The notes under the pieces were generated by a model that was given only the letters and a program-made list of their open reading frames with translations, was not told the origin of the DNA and did no database searches. The position numbers and the translations under genes are program-made. This document shows, one piece after another, positions 1-12,393 of a DNA stretch of 64,000 bases; positions within the stretch are counted from its first letter, which is position 1, and each line of letters begins with the position of its first letter. Source of the DNA: Eledone cirrhosa (Eukaryota); contig OZ024740.1 in the NCBI GenBank assembly GCA_964016885.1, forward strand, positions 386,074,001-386,138,000, written 5' to 3'.

Positions 1-563
<563 letters not shown>

Positions 564-763
564 GGTTAAATAAAAGTCAAATGATTAAAATTTAGCTTCG
601 TTTATTACTGCTATATATATTTCAGTGACAGCCATCTTTGGCCTTCACTTTACACTACTCCGGAGTAACCAAACCAACCTGCGCACTTCGTCGAGTGCTC
701 CAGCCTGCATACTGCGGTGTTGGTATACAACCAACATAAACTCAAAATCTATGTATATATATG

Positions 764-835
<72 letters not shown>

Positions 836-877
836 CAATATTAAATAAATGGAAAACTATATTTATAAAACCATATT

Positions 878-943
878 TATTTCATTATATATATTTCGGG
901 GATATCATATTAACAATATGCTATGCCTTCATCAGACAAAATA
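878..943 (-). ncRNA. Type I hammerhead ribozyme (mirror of 5966-6031)
   Basis: Reverse complement of the 5966-6031 motif. Confidence 0.8.
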
Positions 944-1303
944 CAATATAAACAGTTTTATAGATAAATATATTCGACATACCGTAATAAACATCAACTT
1001 CATTTGAAGAGGTTTACGCTAGCAGTGAAAATACAGAGAGAAAGAAAGAGAGAAAGAAAAGAGGGAAAAACGAAAGAAAGAAAGACAAAACGAAGAAAAG
1101 GAAGAAAGAGAAGAAAAAGAAAAAGAAGAAATGCATGGAACAAAATAGAGAGATGGAAAAATAGATAAAGTGAAGAGCTTCATGTAAAGAGACAGAAAGA
1201 TATATATATATAGAGAGAGAGAGGAAATAGAGATAGATACATATATATATATAGAAAATTAGGTAGTGGGAGGTCATTTTGAGTAAGTGTATCAATGATA
1301 CAT

Positions 1304-1334
<31 letters not shown>

Positions 1335-2497
1335 GCTCAAGTATTAATGTAAGGGAGATATATAGAGAGATATAGAGAGATATATAGAGAGAAAAAAATT
1401 TAAAAATATCCAGACATATTCGAGGCGTAGAAAACCCTATGTTTTAATGTATTAGTATTTATAAAACTTACACTACACTGTAAATATCAGTATTCCTGAA
1501 TGAAACAAGTATTCACAATGTGTGAAAATTCATTATCTTATGTTTAGTTTTAAAAATTCATATGTCTATGTGACAGCTACAAATCTCAATGTGAATCCAA
1601 CTGATTCACTCCGCAAACTCTAAGTTATCGGAAAACATTCTCAATGTGGTATAAAAATTTGAGCGTATTATTATTCTTGCGATTACTCTACAAGATTATC
1701 TATCAAGCAGAAATAGAGAGCAGATTTCAATATACTAATCGAAAATATATATTATATTATAAACAAAGATAACAATAATAATAATAATAAGTAAAAATAT
1801 ATAAAAATATAGAATAGAAAACTAAAAAAATATTCCGAAAGAATATTACATAATAAAAATATTGCATATTAAAAATACTACATATTAAAAAATATTACGT
1901 ATTAAAGATTTACATATAAAAATTTACATATAAAAATATACATATAAAAATTTACATATAAAAATTTACATATAAAAATATATAAAAATATTAAAAAAAT
2001 AAAATTAAAATAAAAATATTATAGAATACTACAATACTAAAAGAATAAAAGTAAAAATAAAAATAAAAATAAAAATAAAAATAAAAATAAAAATAAAAAT
2101 AAAAATAAAAATAAAAATGAAAATAAAAATAAACCACAAAAAACAACCCTTCAAAGTTAATTGACAATATATTGCCAAGTTCACTACAAGACAAAGCCAA
2201 AAATTATCTATCAAATCACATCTAGCAAAGAATATCGTAAAAAGATTATGATGTCCAATAATGTCTACATATGTTCCTATGTTTAATATAGAAGTTTATC
2301 TAGTGTAAGGTTAATTCAAAAAAATTGGAGCATCGGCTTTTAGGGTAGCTTAATTTTTCATGAGGAATGTTTAGATAAAAATAAAAATAAATAAAATAAA
2401 ATAAACAATAAAAAGAGTAAAACGAGGGAATCAAAGATTTAGGAATCAAAAGATCTATCGGCTAGTTCTCATATAAATATAAATCAAACTAAATATA

Positions 2498-3154
2498 CTA
2501 CATTTTAAATTTAAATTTATATTTAAACGTTGAGTTTAATCTATGTTTGCAACAACTGAATAAATTTGTCCGTAGGTTAAGGGAGTTTTTAGATTTTAGT
2601 ATAAAGAATATCTCCTCTGCGCAGAGGTCACATGTCTCAGAGGATGAATTAAAAGGAATCCCTCTTGAGACTATATTCCAAGCCGTCGAATATCTAACGT
2701 TATCTAGCTTAAGTTGCCAGAGTACCCCTGATAGTGCCGTTGAAGATTTTTTATTTGGATCTGTGAAAGAATTCTTGTGGTTATTATAGCGAAGTTTAAA
2801 TTCCGTCGATGTGGAACCGACGTAGTTAAAAGAATTAGAGTCAGTATTAACATTACAATTGTATACTATATTTTTAACTAAGCAGTTGTTATTTAACGGA
2901 CATTTAGATCTATCTCTACAGTTACATTTGTTAACTTGTATATTATTTATGCTATTATCAGTAGGTTTTAAGTTCCTATTATTTATTCTATTAATATTTT
3001 GTGCTAAATTTTTGGTGGATGAGTAGGTTAATTTAATTGTATGCCTATTGAAGATTGAGTGATACCTATGTGTTCTAGGGAAGCGATTATCAAGAGCTTT
3101 GAAAAATAATTTAGCGATGTGGGTTTTAATGTTTAGTGAGAAAGGGGGGGGCAA
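2498..3154 (-). pseudogene. PLE GIY-YIG endonuclease domain (inverted copy)
   Basis: CNCRDRSKCPLNNNC..IVYNC..YVGSTSTEFKLRYNNHK..CDLCAEE..CCKHR. Confidence 0.85.
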
Positions 3155-3792
3155 ACCAAATTATGTTCCTAGTTCTATTTCTTTTTTGTCCTTTGGAATT
3201 ATTGTAATGCTTTCTATTATAGTTGTTAATGTTGTTGCCGTAATTAAAAAAGTTGTTACTTTGTTTAGTTTGTCTATCATTATCTATGTATACAATCTTA
3301 TCAGCATACCCTGCCCTAGCTAGTGCATCATTATAGTATTGGGCCTTTTCGTCAAAAATCTTTCTATTCGACGAGATCCTAGAGATACGTTTTTGGACTG
3401 AGTTTACTAATAGTCAATTTCCTAGATATAACATTAAATCTCAACACATGTCTCCACTATCCTTTTCACAAGTTGAATGAAAACTTAAACTATGTCAACT
3501 TTAACTCTAACCACCCCAGATCTGTCAAAAACACTATAGTAAACTCAGTCCAAAAAACGTATCTCTAGGATCTCGTCGAATAGAAAGATTTTTGACGAAA
3601 AGGCCCAATACTATAATGATGCACTAGCTAGGGCAGGGTATGCTGATAAGATTGTATACATAGATAATGATAGACAAACTAAACAAAGTAACAACTTTTT
3701 TAATTACGGCAACAACATTAACAACTATAATAGAAAGCATTACAATAATTCCAAAGGACAAAAAAGAAATAGAACTAGGAACATAATTTGGT

Positions 3793-4449
3793 TTGCCCCC
3801 CCCTTTCTCACTAAACATTAAAACCCACATCGCTAAATTATTTTTCAAAGCTCTTGATAATCGCTTCCCTAGAACACATAGGTATCACTCAATCTTCAAT
3901 AGGCATACAATTAAATTAACCTACTCATCCACCAAAAATTTAGCACAAAATATTAATAGAATAAATAATAGGAACTTAAAACCTACTGATAATAGCATAA
4001 ATAATATACAAGTTAACAAATGTAACTGTAGAGATAGATCTAAATGTCCGTTAAATAACAACTGCTTAGTTAAAAATATAGTATACAATTGTAATGTTAA
4101 TACTGACTCTAATTCTTTTAACTACGTCGGTTCCACATCGACGGAATTTAAACTTCGCTATAATAACCACAAGAATTCTTTCACAGATCCAAATAAAAAA
4201 TCTTCAACGGCACTATCAGGGGTACTCTGGCAACTTAAGCTAGATAACGTTAGATATTCGACGGCTTGGAATATAGTCTCAAGAGGGATTCCTTTTAATT
4301 CATCCTCTGAGACATGTGACCTCTGCGCAGAGGAGATATTCTTTATACTAAAATCTAAAAACTCCCTTAACCTACGGACAAATTTATTCAGTTGTTGCAA
4401 ACATAGATTAAACTCAACGTTTAAATATAAATTTAAATTTAAAATGTAG
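3793..4449 (+). pseudogene. PLE GIY-YIG endonuclease domain (Naiad-like Cys-rich type)
   Basis: Same 218 aa as the inverted copy. IVY..YVG GIY-YIG motif, catalytic R and E, CxC..C and CxxC..CxH motifs. Upstream RT is truncated and frameshifted. Confidence 0.85.
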
Positions 4450-5574
4450 TATATTTAGTTTGATTTATATTTATATGAGAACTAGCCGATAGATCCTTTG
4501 ATTCCTAAATCTTTGATTCCCTCGTTTTACTCTTTTTATTGTTTATTTTATTTTATTTATTTTTATTTTTATCTAAACATTCCTCATGAAAAATTAAGCT
4601 ACCCTAAAAGCCGATGCTCCAAATTTTTTGAATTAACCTTACACTAGATAAACTTCTATATTAAACATAGGAACATATGTAGACATTATTGGACATCATA
4701 ATCTTTTTACGATATTCTTTGCTAGATGTGATTTGATAGATAATTTTTGGCTTTGTCTTGTAGTGAACTTGGCAATATATTGTCAATTAACTTTGAAGGG
4801 TTGTTTTTTTGTGGTTTATTTTTATTTTTATTTTTATTTTTATTTTTATTTTTATTTTTACTTTTATTCTTTTAGTATTGTAGTATTCTATATTTTTATT
4901 TTAATTTTATTTTTTAAATATTTTTATATATTTTTATATGTAAATTTTTATATGTAAATTTTTATATGTATATTTTTATATGTAAATTTTTATATGTAAA
5001 TCTTTAATACGTAATATTTTTTAATATGTAGTATTTTTAATATGCAATATTTTTATTATGTAATATTCTTTCGGAATATTTTTTTAGTTTTCTATTCTAT
5101 ATTTTTATATATTTTTACTTATTATTATTATTATTGTTATCTTTGTTTATAATATAATATATATTTTCGATTAGTATATTGAAATCTGCTCTCTATTTCT
5201 GCTTGATAGATAATCTTGTAGAGTAATCGCAAGAATAATAATACGCTCAAATTTTTATACCACATTGAGAATGTTTTCCGATAACTTAGAGTTTGCGGAG
5301 TGAATCAGTTGGATTCACATTGAGATTTGTAGCTGTCACATAGACATATGAATTTTTAAAACTAAACATAAGATAATGAATTTTCACACATTGTGAATAC
5401 TTGTTTCATTCAGGAATACTGATATTTACAGTGTAGTGTAAGTTTTATAAATACTAATACATTAAAACATAGGGTTTTCTACGCCTCGAATATGTCTGGA
5501 TATTTTTAAATTTTTTTCTCTCTATATATCTCTCTATATCTCTCTATATATCTCCCTTACATTAATACTTGAGC

Positions 5575-5609
<35 letters not shown>

Positions 5610-5965
5610 ATGTATCATTGATACACTTACTCAAAATGACCTCCCACTACCTAATTTTCTATATATATATATGTATCTATCTCTATTTCCTCTCTCTCTA
5701 TATATATATCTTTCTGTCTCTTTACATGAAGCTCTTCACTTTATCTATTTTTCCATCTCTCTATTTTGTTCCATGCATTTCTTCTTTTTCTTTTTCTTCT
5801 TTTTCTTCCTTTTCTTCGTTTTGTCTTTCTTTCTTTCGTTTTCCCCTCTTTTCTTTCTCTCTTTCTTTCTCTCTGTATTTTCACTGCTAGCGTAAACCTC
5901 TTCAAATGAAGTTGATGTTTATTACGGTATGTCGAATATATTTATCTATAAAACTGTTTATATTG

Positions 5966-6031
5966 TATTTTGTCTGATGAAGGCATAGCATATTGTTAAT
6001 ATGATATCCCCGAAATATATATAATGAAATA
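5966..6031 (+). ncRNA. Type I hammerhead ribozyme, canonical CUGAUGA core
   Basis: tattttgt-CTGATGA-aggcatagcatatt/gtt/aatatgatatcccc-GAAA-tatata-TA-atgaaata. Stem I pairs over 8 bp (2 G-U); stem III palindrome ATATATAT. Confidence 0.85.
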
Positions 6032-6159
6032 AATATGGTTTTATAAATATAGTTTTCCATTTATTTAATATTGTAAATATACTCCAAATATTTGTCGAGT
6101 GCTTTTATATCAGTTATAAATATTTACTAGTTGTAACCCAACAATTTTAAATATAACTT

Positions 6160-6247
<88 letters not shown>

Positions 6248-6356
6248 AAAACGTTTAACCGCGACGGCAGACGACGACTATTTCTGGACTAAATTAAAAT
6301 TTTTAGCGTGGTAATAAATACCCGAACTTATACATATATATATATATATATATATA

Positions 6357-6424
6357 TCAGAACATCCCGTTAAGGGTGAAAGCAGCGATTCTTTGCTTAA
6401 ACTTTAATCTGTTATTTTAATAAA
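6357..6424 (+). mobile_element. 68-bp PLE 3' end fragment, same family as 27135-28010 and 32100-32380
   Basis: tcagaacatcccgttaagggtgaaagcagcgattctttgcttaaac matches 27941-28008; flanked by (TA)n; hammerhead lacks stem I and has G8C. Confidence 0.8.
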
Positions 6425-6432
6425 TATATATG

Positions 6433-6496
<64 letters not shown>

Positions 6497-6631
6497 TATA
6501 TAGAATATTAGGGTAAATATTGATGCAATTCAATTTAAGCACTCAACGTACTTTTTCCACATAGGAGTGACGGAGTAAATATCGAATAAGGAAAAGCGAA
6601 GTACTTTCAGATGTTCAAGTCCTTTAATAAT

Positions 6632-6822
6632 AATTGTTTCTACTTTTGGCACAAGGCCAGCAATTACCCAGTACATTACTGGTACTTTGTTTTATCGACC
6701 CCGTAAGGATGAAAGGCAAAGTTAACCTTGGCGGGATTTGAACTCAGAATGGCAAGGGCCGTAACTCTATGCGTCAAAGCATGGCGTCCGACTCGCTACC
6801 GATACTGCCAATCCACCACCCT
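6632..6822 (-). mobile_element. tRNA-derived SINE
   Basis: B-box gagttcaaatcc on the minus strand and conserved body gcctttcatccttacggggtcgataaa; homologous to copies at 20895, 45587 and 48835. Confidence 0.85.
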
Positions 6823-7360
6823 AAGTCCTTTAATAATAATGCTGTGATATATATTTCAATGGCGACACTGGCCACACTGTTCTGTGTGCGAGTGTTGTGA
6901 CATCATCAGACAGCTTGTTACATAATAAGGTTATGTTTCCGAGGCAATCCAAATTGAATCGACATGGGAACGGATGAAATGCGTGCTTTTGGGTTTATCA
7001 CCCGTTCCCCTGTGAGTACCAATTCACCCCCACCGGTCTGCGTGTGCGCATGTCCGAAGGAAGTTGACCATTAGCTACCGCAGATTTCAACGAAATTCGC
7101 TTAGTCAGTTCACCCTCTCAGTGACACAATGGCCCGTACCATAGTTTACTGCTACCCATCTCACTGTGGTAGTCAGTCGAAAGCCAGAGGGGGTGGGAGA
7201 GTGTTAGTTTTTACAGGTCATAATGCTACCTCTCACCAAGCGTAAATGATAAACAAATTTGCCGCGCTATATCGACCGATACAGATATATATATAATATA
7301 TATATATATATATTATGTATGTATATATTATATACTTACCATCTGTAACGGTCGATAAAT

Positions 7361-7432
<72 letters not shown>

Positions 7433-8528
7433 CATATTATTCAGTATATTAATAAATGAAGACATCATAGTCAAAATATGTTTATTATATATATTTCGAA
7501 GGTACTGTGCTGTTTTTTCAGTACGTCTACGTCGGATAAAATACATGAATTGATGTATGACATACCTCAACGGTCTTGATGGTTCAATTCCAGTATTGGT
7601 AGTGATTTATTACAACAAATCTCAACATTTATATACCACAAATAATAACATGATAAACTTAAATTTAATGAAGAAGAGGATGTGGAGCGAGATATGGGTA
7701 TAAGGAGGGGATGAGTATGAGGAAATACAAGAAGAAAATAAATAAATAAATACATACATACATAAATATTTAAATGCGTAAATAGACGTATTAGGGAAGA
7801 AAAGGGAAGAGAGAGAGAGAGATAGAAGAGATAAGAAAGAAATAACGGCAAAAAAGAAAGAAAGAGAAATGATGTGTGACCGTTGCTTTCAAATATTAAC
7901 TCAAATATAATACCATGAATTTTTTTAATATCTTTTGTATTTGGTTATGTTTAAGCTAAGTATACTAATATGTTATATCAAAATTAAACAATATAAAAAT
8001 ATTTTCTATAGCAATCAGACCCATAGTTTAATTAAGTAATATATTTACTAAATATTTTGCTACAATATTCAAAAACATTTTTATCTTTAAAGCATATTTA
8101 AATACCTATTAAATAAGTATAAGGATATTTATTAAAACCCATGCATATATCACCATCAGTATATATATTTTATATTATGTTAAGAATTATTATCTGAATT
8201 ATTCTATTTTCATTATAAAATCATTTCAATTCATTGGTTGTCATTTCATTACAGGATTAATTAGTAGTTATATTTACTCTTAAAAGTATTATTATTTCGA
8301 TTTTACTTCCATAATTACATCTTATTATATATAGTTTCCCTTTAAGGATTTTTCATATATTATTAAACTGTATAAATCATGTTAAATATACATTAGCAAG
8401 CCATTTGGTTATATTATATACATATATATATCATATACATATATATATCATTTATATATAGAGAGAGAGAGAGCCCAACCACTATCAGGTCATTGGCTTT
8501 ATATATATGTGAATATATATATATATAC

Positions 8529-8619
<91 letters not shown>

Positions 8620-8696
8620 CATATATTGTGAGTCTGTATGTATGCATGTATACGTTTATATGTGAGTGTGCGTCTGTGTATATATACGTATGTTTG

Positions 8697-8735
<39 letters not shown>

Positions 8736-9249
8736 GTAAATATATATTTTTTTTTATTTCCTCCCCACCGTTCATTGTCAACCCGTCCCTTTTTGCTTTC
8801 ATTGTATTTCCTATCCTTCATTCTTTGATTTTTGATTTTATTTATTTATATCTGTTCCCCAACTACTTCCCGAATTGTCGTTGCGCATATATGAGTGAAA
8901 GATCACACGCACATGTGTGTATTTGTATTTCAATGCAGACGCACATATACTTATGTGTGAATCATATACTTATGTATATCTTTACGTACTATTACGTATA
9001 TGAGTGAGTTTGTCTGTGTATGTTTACGTATTTGGATATTTATTTATTAATTTTTTCCCCTCAATTTTTGCCCGTTTTTTTTTTATTTCAGCCTCACTTT
9101 CATTTATCCTATACTCTCTTTTCAAATCCATATTACTACTTCATAAATAAATTTTCTTCTTATGAATAAAGACAGACATAAAAATCTGCCTTCAAGAAAT
9201 TGGTAAATGAAATAATTATCTTATGTTGTTTATTACATAACTATAACTA

Positions 9250-10150
9250 TATATCATAATCTATAAAGCTCAGTGTGTGGTCATGCTCCTTCGTTATAGA
9301 AATCTACGATATAGAATTTCTTCAATTGAAATTTACAATTCAGTATTCGAAGTAGTTTCGATTGCGTCTTGACGCAGATAATTTTTTCAATTTCACCCAC
9401 AATTACGCAAAAAATAGATAAAACTCAATATTTTACGATTTTTCTCTCTCATTTAAACTGCTGAATTCTTTCTACTACCATTCAAAATCTATACAACTTC
9501 ATACTTTCTGCTACTTTCTCTTTCCAAGCTTGATGGTGATACTGTCCGTTCACACCACTCCCTACTGTCTTAAATTTAGAAAACACATATCCTCTATGAG
9601 GTTACTAAACCTGCTAGAAACAGCAGCTAACTCTCCCCCATATCACACCCCCTCCCTACTGTCTTAAATTTAGAAAACATATCTTCTATGAGGTCACTAA
9701 ACCTGCTAGAAACAGCAGCTAACTCTCCCCCATATCACACCACTCCCTACTGTCTTAAATTTAGAAAACACATATCCTCTATGAGGTCACTAAACCTGCT
9801 AGAAACAACAGCTAACTCTCGCTCATATCACAACCGTCCTACTGTCTTAAATTTAGAAAACACGCAGACAACCATGCAGAACAACTCCATCGCAGCTCTG
9901 TGTTCGGCTGGCATCGTCTACGCGCGTGTTGCGCAAGTACTGTGAAACAATAAATTTCAACACTTTTTTGCACAGAGATAATATCCATAGGCGAAACTAC
10001 AATTGTCACTGCTGGCGCAGCTCATGCTTCCAGGTCTGCAATTCATTCACCCAGTGCCTGGCAGACAAAAAAGTGCTGCCATAAAATGGGTGGTGCAACC
10101 TAACTTGGGTAACTTAATGACCCCGAGCAACGCCGGGCTTTAATGCTAGT
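9250..10150 (+). mobile_element. Non-autonomous Helitron-like element with an internal ~92-bp tandem repeat (9550-9862)
   Basis: 5' tctataaagctc start; 3' hairpin cccgagcaacgccggg followed by ctag; about 3.3 copies of cctactgtcttaaatttagaaaac... Confidence 0.65.
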
Positions 10151-10269
10151 ATATATATATATATATATCGGACAAAGGTAAAGAGTTTTGCGTCATCTCT
10201 CAAGCCACATACAACAACCTAGCCTTTGAACACCTAAGCGACAATGAACTATATACAGAGATCCCGGAC

Positions 10270-11385
10270 ATGACTGCAGCCCAGATCGAAAAACAGACCA
10301 ACTCCATCTGGTTCGACATCTGTAGGAGAAGACAACTCCTAAATAAAGTTAAGCTCAACTACACCACTAGAAATAGCAGACTGCCCACTTTCTACCACCT
10401 CATCAAGACCCACAAGAATAGTACTAAGACACAAATAAGACCCATCGTCTCTAGCATAGAAGGGCCCCTATACAAAATTTCCTGGCTCCTCTCCCAGGTC
10501 CTCAAGCCTCTACTCTCCACCTTTCCCGGGCATGTCAGTAGCTCCGACGAAGTCATACGTAGACTACACCAACTCCAGCCAGAACAACTTAAACTAAATA
10601 GATACGCCTTTAGCCTCGACGTTGTCTTCCTCTACACTACAGTCCCCACTCATCCAGCTGTCGATTTATTGACGGACTGCGTGGTCGCAGAGCACATCCA
10701 CTGCTACGACCTCCATCCGACGGACATACACCAGCTTTTGTCCTTCACAGTAGACAACGCGTACTTCACCTTCAACCACCACACATACAGACAGACAACA
10801 GGATTACCCATTGGATCCAGCCTATCGGGCCTGCTGGTCATCACCTATATGAACCAGCTAGAATGCCGAGCCCTCAACACCTGCCATTCCCATACCTTCT
10901 TCACCCGATATGTAGATGACATACTCATCCTTACATCATCCCGTGAGGAGGCGGATAAAATATACACAACATTCTCCAGCATGGAGGCCAGTATAAAGTT
11001 CAGCATGGAACACCCCGATGACCGCGGATCCCTATCCCTACTGGACTTCCAACTCAGGGTAACAGAGGAAGGCAACATCCACACCTGCTTCTATAAAAAA
11101 GCCGCCAGCAGGGACCTGTTCGTACATTTCAGATCGGCCCTCCCAGCCGGCGCTAAGTTCGGATACATAAGGAACAAACTGGCACGTATCCAGAACAAAT
11201 GCACCGACGCTAGAGACCGAGACACACACACCACACATTTCCTGGAAGTACTCAAACTGAACGGATACACGACATCCACCACAAACCGGGCCAGAAAGAA
11301 CAGAGGACACCACATCCGAGGCACTAACACTTGCTTCCTGAAGCTCCCACACTTCAGTGACGAAACAACAACAGCCATCCGCTGA
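10270..11385 (+). pseudogene. PLE reverse transcriptase, interrupted by a premature stop before the GIY-YIG domain
   Basis: 371-aa ORF with PLE-type RT motifs including YVDD. Confidence 0.9.
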
Positions 11386-12185
11386 GCTATCAGACGAGAG
11401 GGACTAGATATCCAACTGGCCCACTCAGGTCCTTCTCTACGCGGAAAGCTAACCAAAAGACACTCCACCAGACATGACAACCGCTGCAGGCTAGCCAACT
11501 GGCCCATCAACGACACAGACCTATGCCACCAGGCTTACGTCGTATACAGACTAGAGTGCGACAAATGCAGCAACTTCTACGTAGGTAGCACCACCAGACC
11601 ACTCCACATAAGAATAGAAGAACACCTCAATACTAACGCTTCCTCATTTAAGAAACATCTAGTTAAATGCAAAAACACCGACAAAACCATACCAGTTAGG
11701 ATAGAAACTAAGGAAAGAAACCTCGGCAACCTTAGAATTAAGGTAGCACTAATTATAGACAAAACACAACCACCAATCAATAATAGACACCCAATTTATA
11801 ACTTGATAGAGCATCTAGCCTCATATTTACACCCCCTCCCACACACACGCACACACACACACACGCTTACACCTCCACTTATTCTCTCTCACACACACAC
11901 ATACACACACAAAGACCAGTTCTAACACGAGATAACATCTATCCCCCACATTTACGTATAGACATATCTTCTCACACTCACACACACACACACATACTTA
12001 CACCTTCACGCATTCTCCCACACAATTAAACAGGCATGTACAAAGAAAACCCTTTTAAAGGGAGACTAATCTTTATCCACCTAACCTTAACTCTTTAACA
12101 TTAGAGATAGAACAGATACTCTATACCATTCCTGTCAACATGACTTGGCAAGCTATTTAGAACACTGGTTTAACCGCTTGACTTC

Positions 12186-12217
12186 CCTCCGAAGAGATAT
12201 TATATCGAAAATTAAGG
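12186..12217 (+). ncRNA. Minimal 32-nt type I hammerhead, CCGAAGA core
   Basis: cct-CCGAAGA-gata/tta/tatc-GAAA-at-TA-agg; stem III palindrome AATT; located in the PLE 3' UTR just before AATAAA. Confidence 0.7.
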
Positions 12218-12331
12218 ACATTTAAATAAATCTAAGGTAACAGACTAATTGTCAACAATATCTTTTGCATTTGCATTCTTTATTCTATGTCCATACCTGC
12301 ATTGTTTTGGCTTTATTATACATATACAAAT

Positions 12332-12392
<61 letters not shown>

Positions 12393-12393
<1 letters not shown>

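Larger units (their letters stand above)
834..6161 (+). mobile_element. 5'-truncated Penelope-like element with a ~2.55 kb inverted duplication (left arm 834-3409, right arm 3537-6075, unpaired tail 6076-6161)
   Basis: Mirror ORFs 2498-3154(-) and 3793-4449(+) are identical. The spacer 3410-3536 encodes the RT C-terminal motif VNFLDITL...YVNFNSNHP. (TA)n on both flanks. Confidence 0.9.
10168..12330 (+). mobile_element. Penelope-like element (RT + C-terminal GIY-YIG + 3' hammerhead), 5'-truncated, inserted in (TA)n
   Basis: SDKG, FYHLIKTHK, RPIVS, SLDVVFLYT, GLPIGSSLS, RYVDD, LSLLDF motifs. After one TGA (11383-11385) the frame continues to VVYRLECDKCSNFYVGSTTRPLHIRIEEH. Confidence 0.92.

Noticed and set aside
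7480-7575. Possible minus-strand hammerhead (GAAA-tatata-TA)
   Set aside because: The 3' half resembles the 5966 motif but the core and stem I are too decayed to fold.
11383-11385. In-frame TGA between RT and GIY-YIG as selenocysteine or readthrough
   Set aside because: The context IR*AIRRE fits a CGA(Arg)-to-TGA CpG mutation, not a conserved Cys position, and I identified no SECIS.
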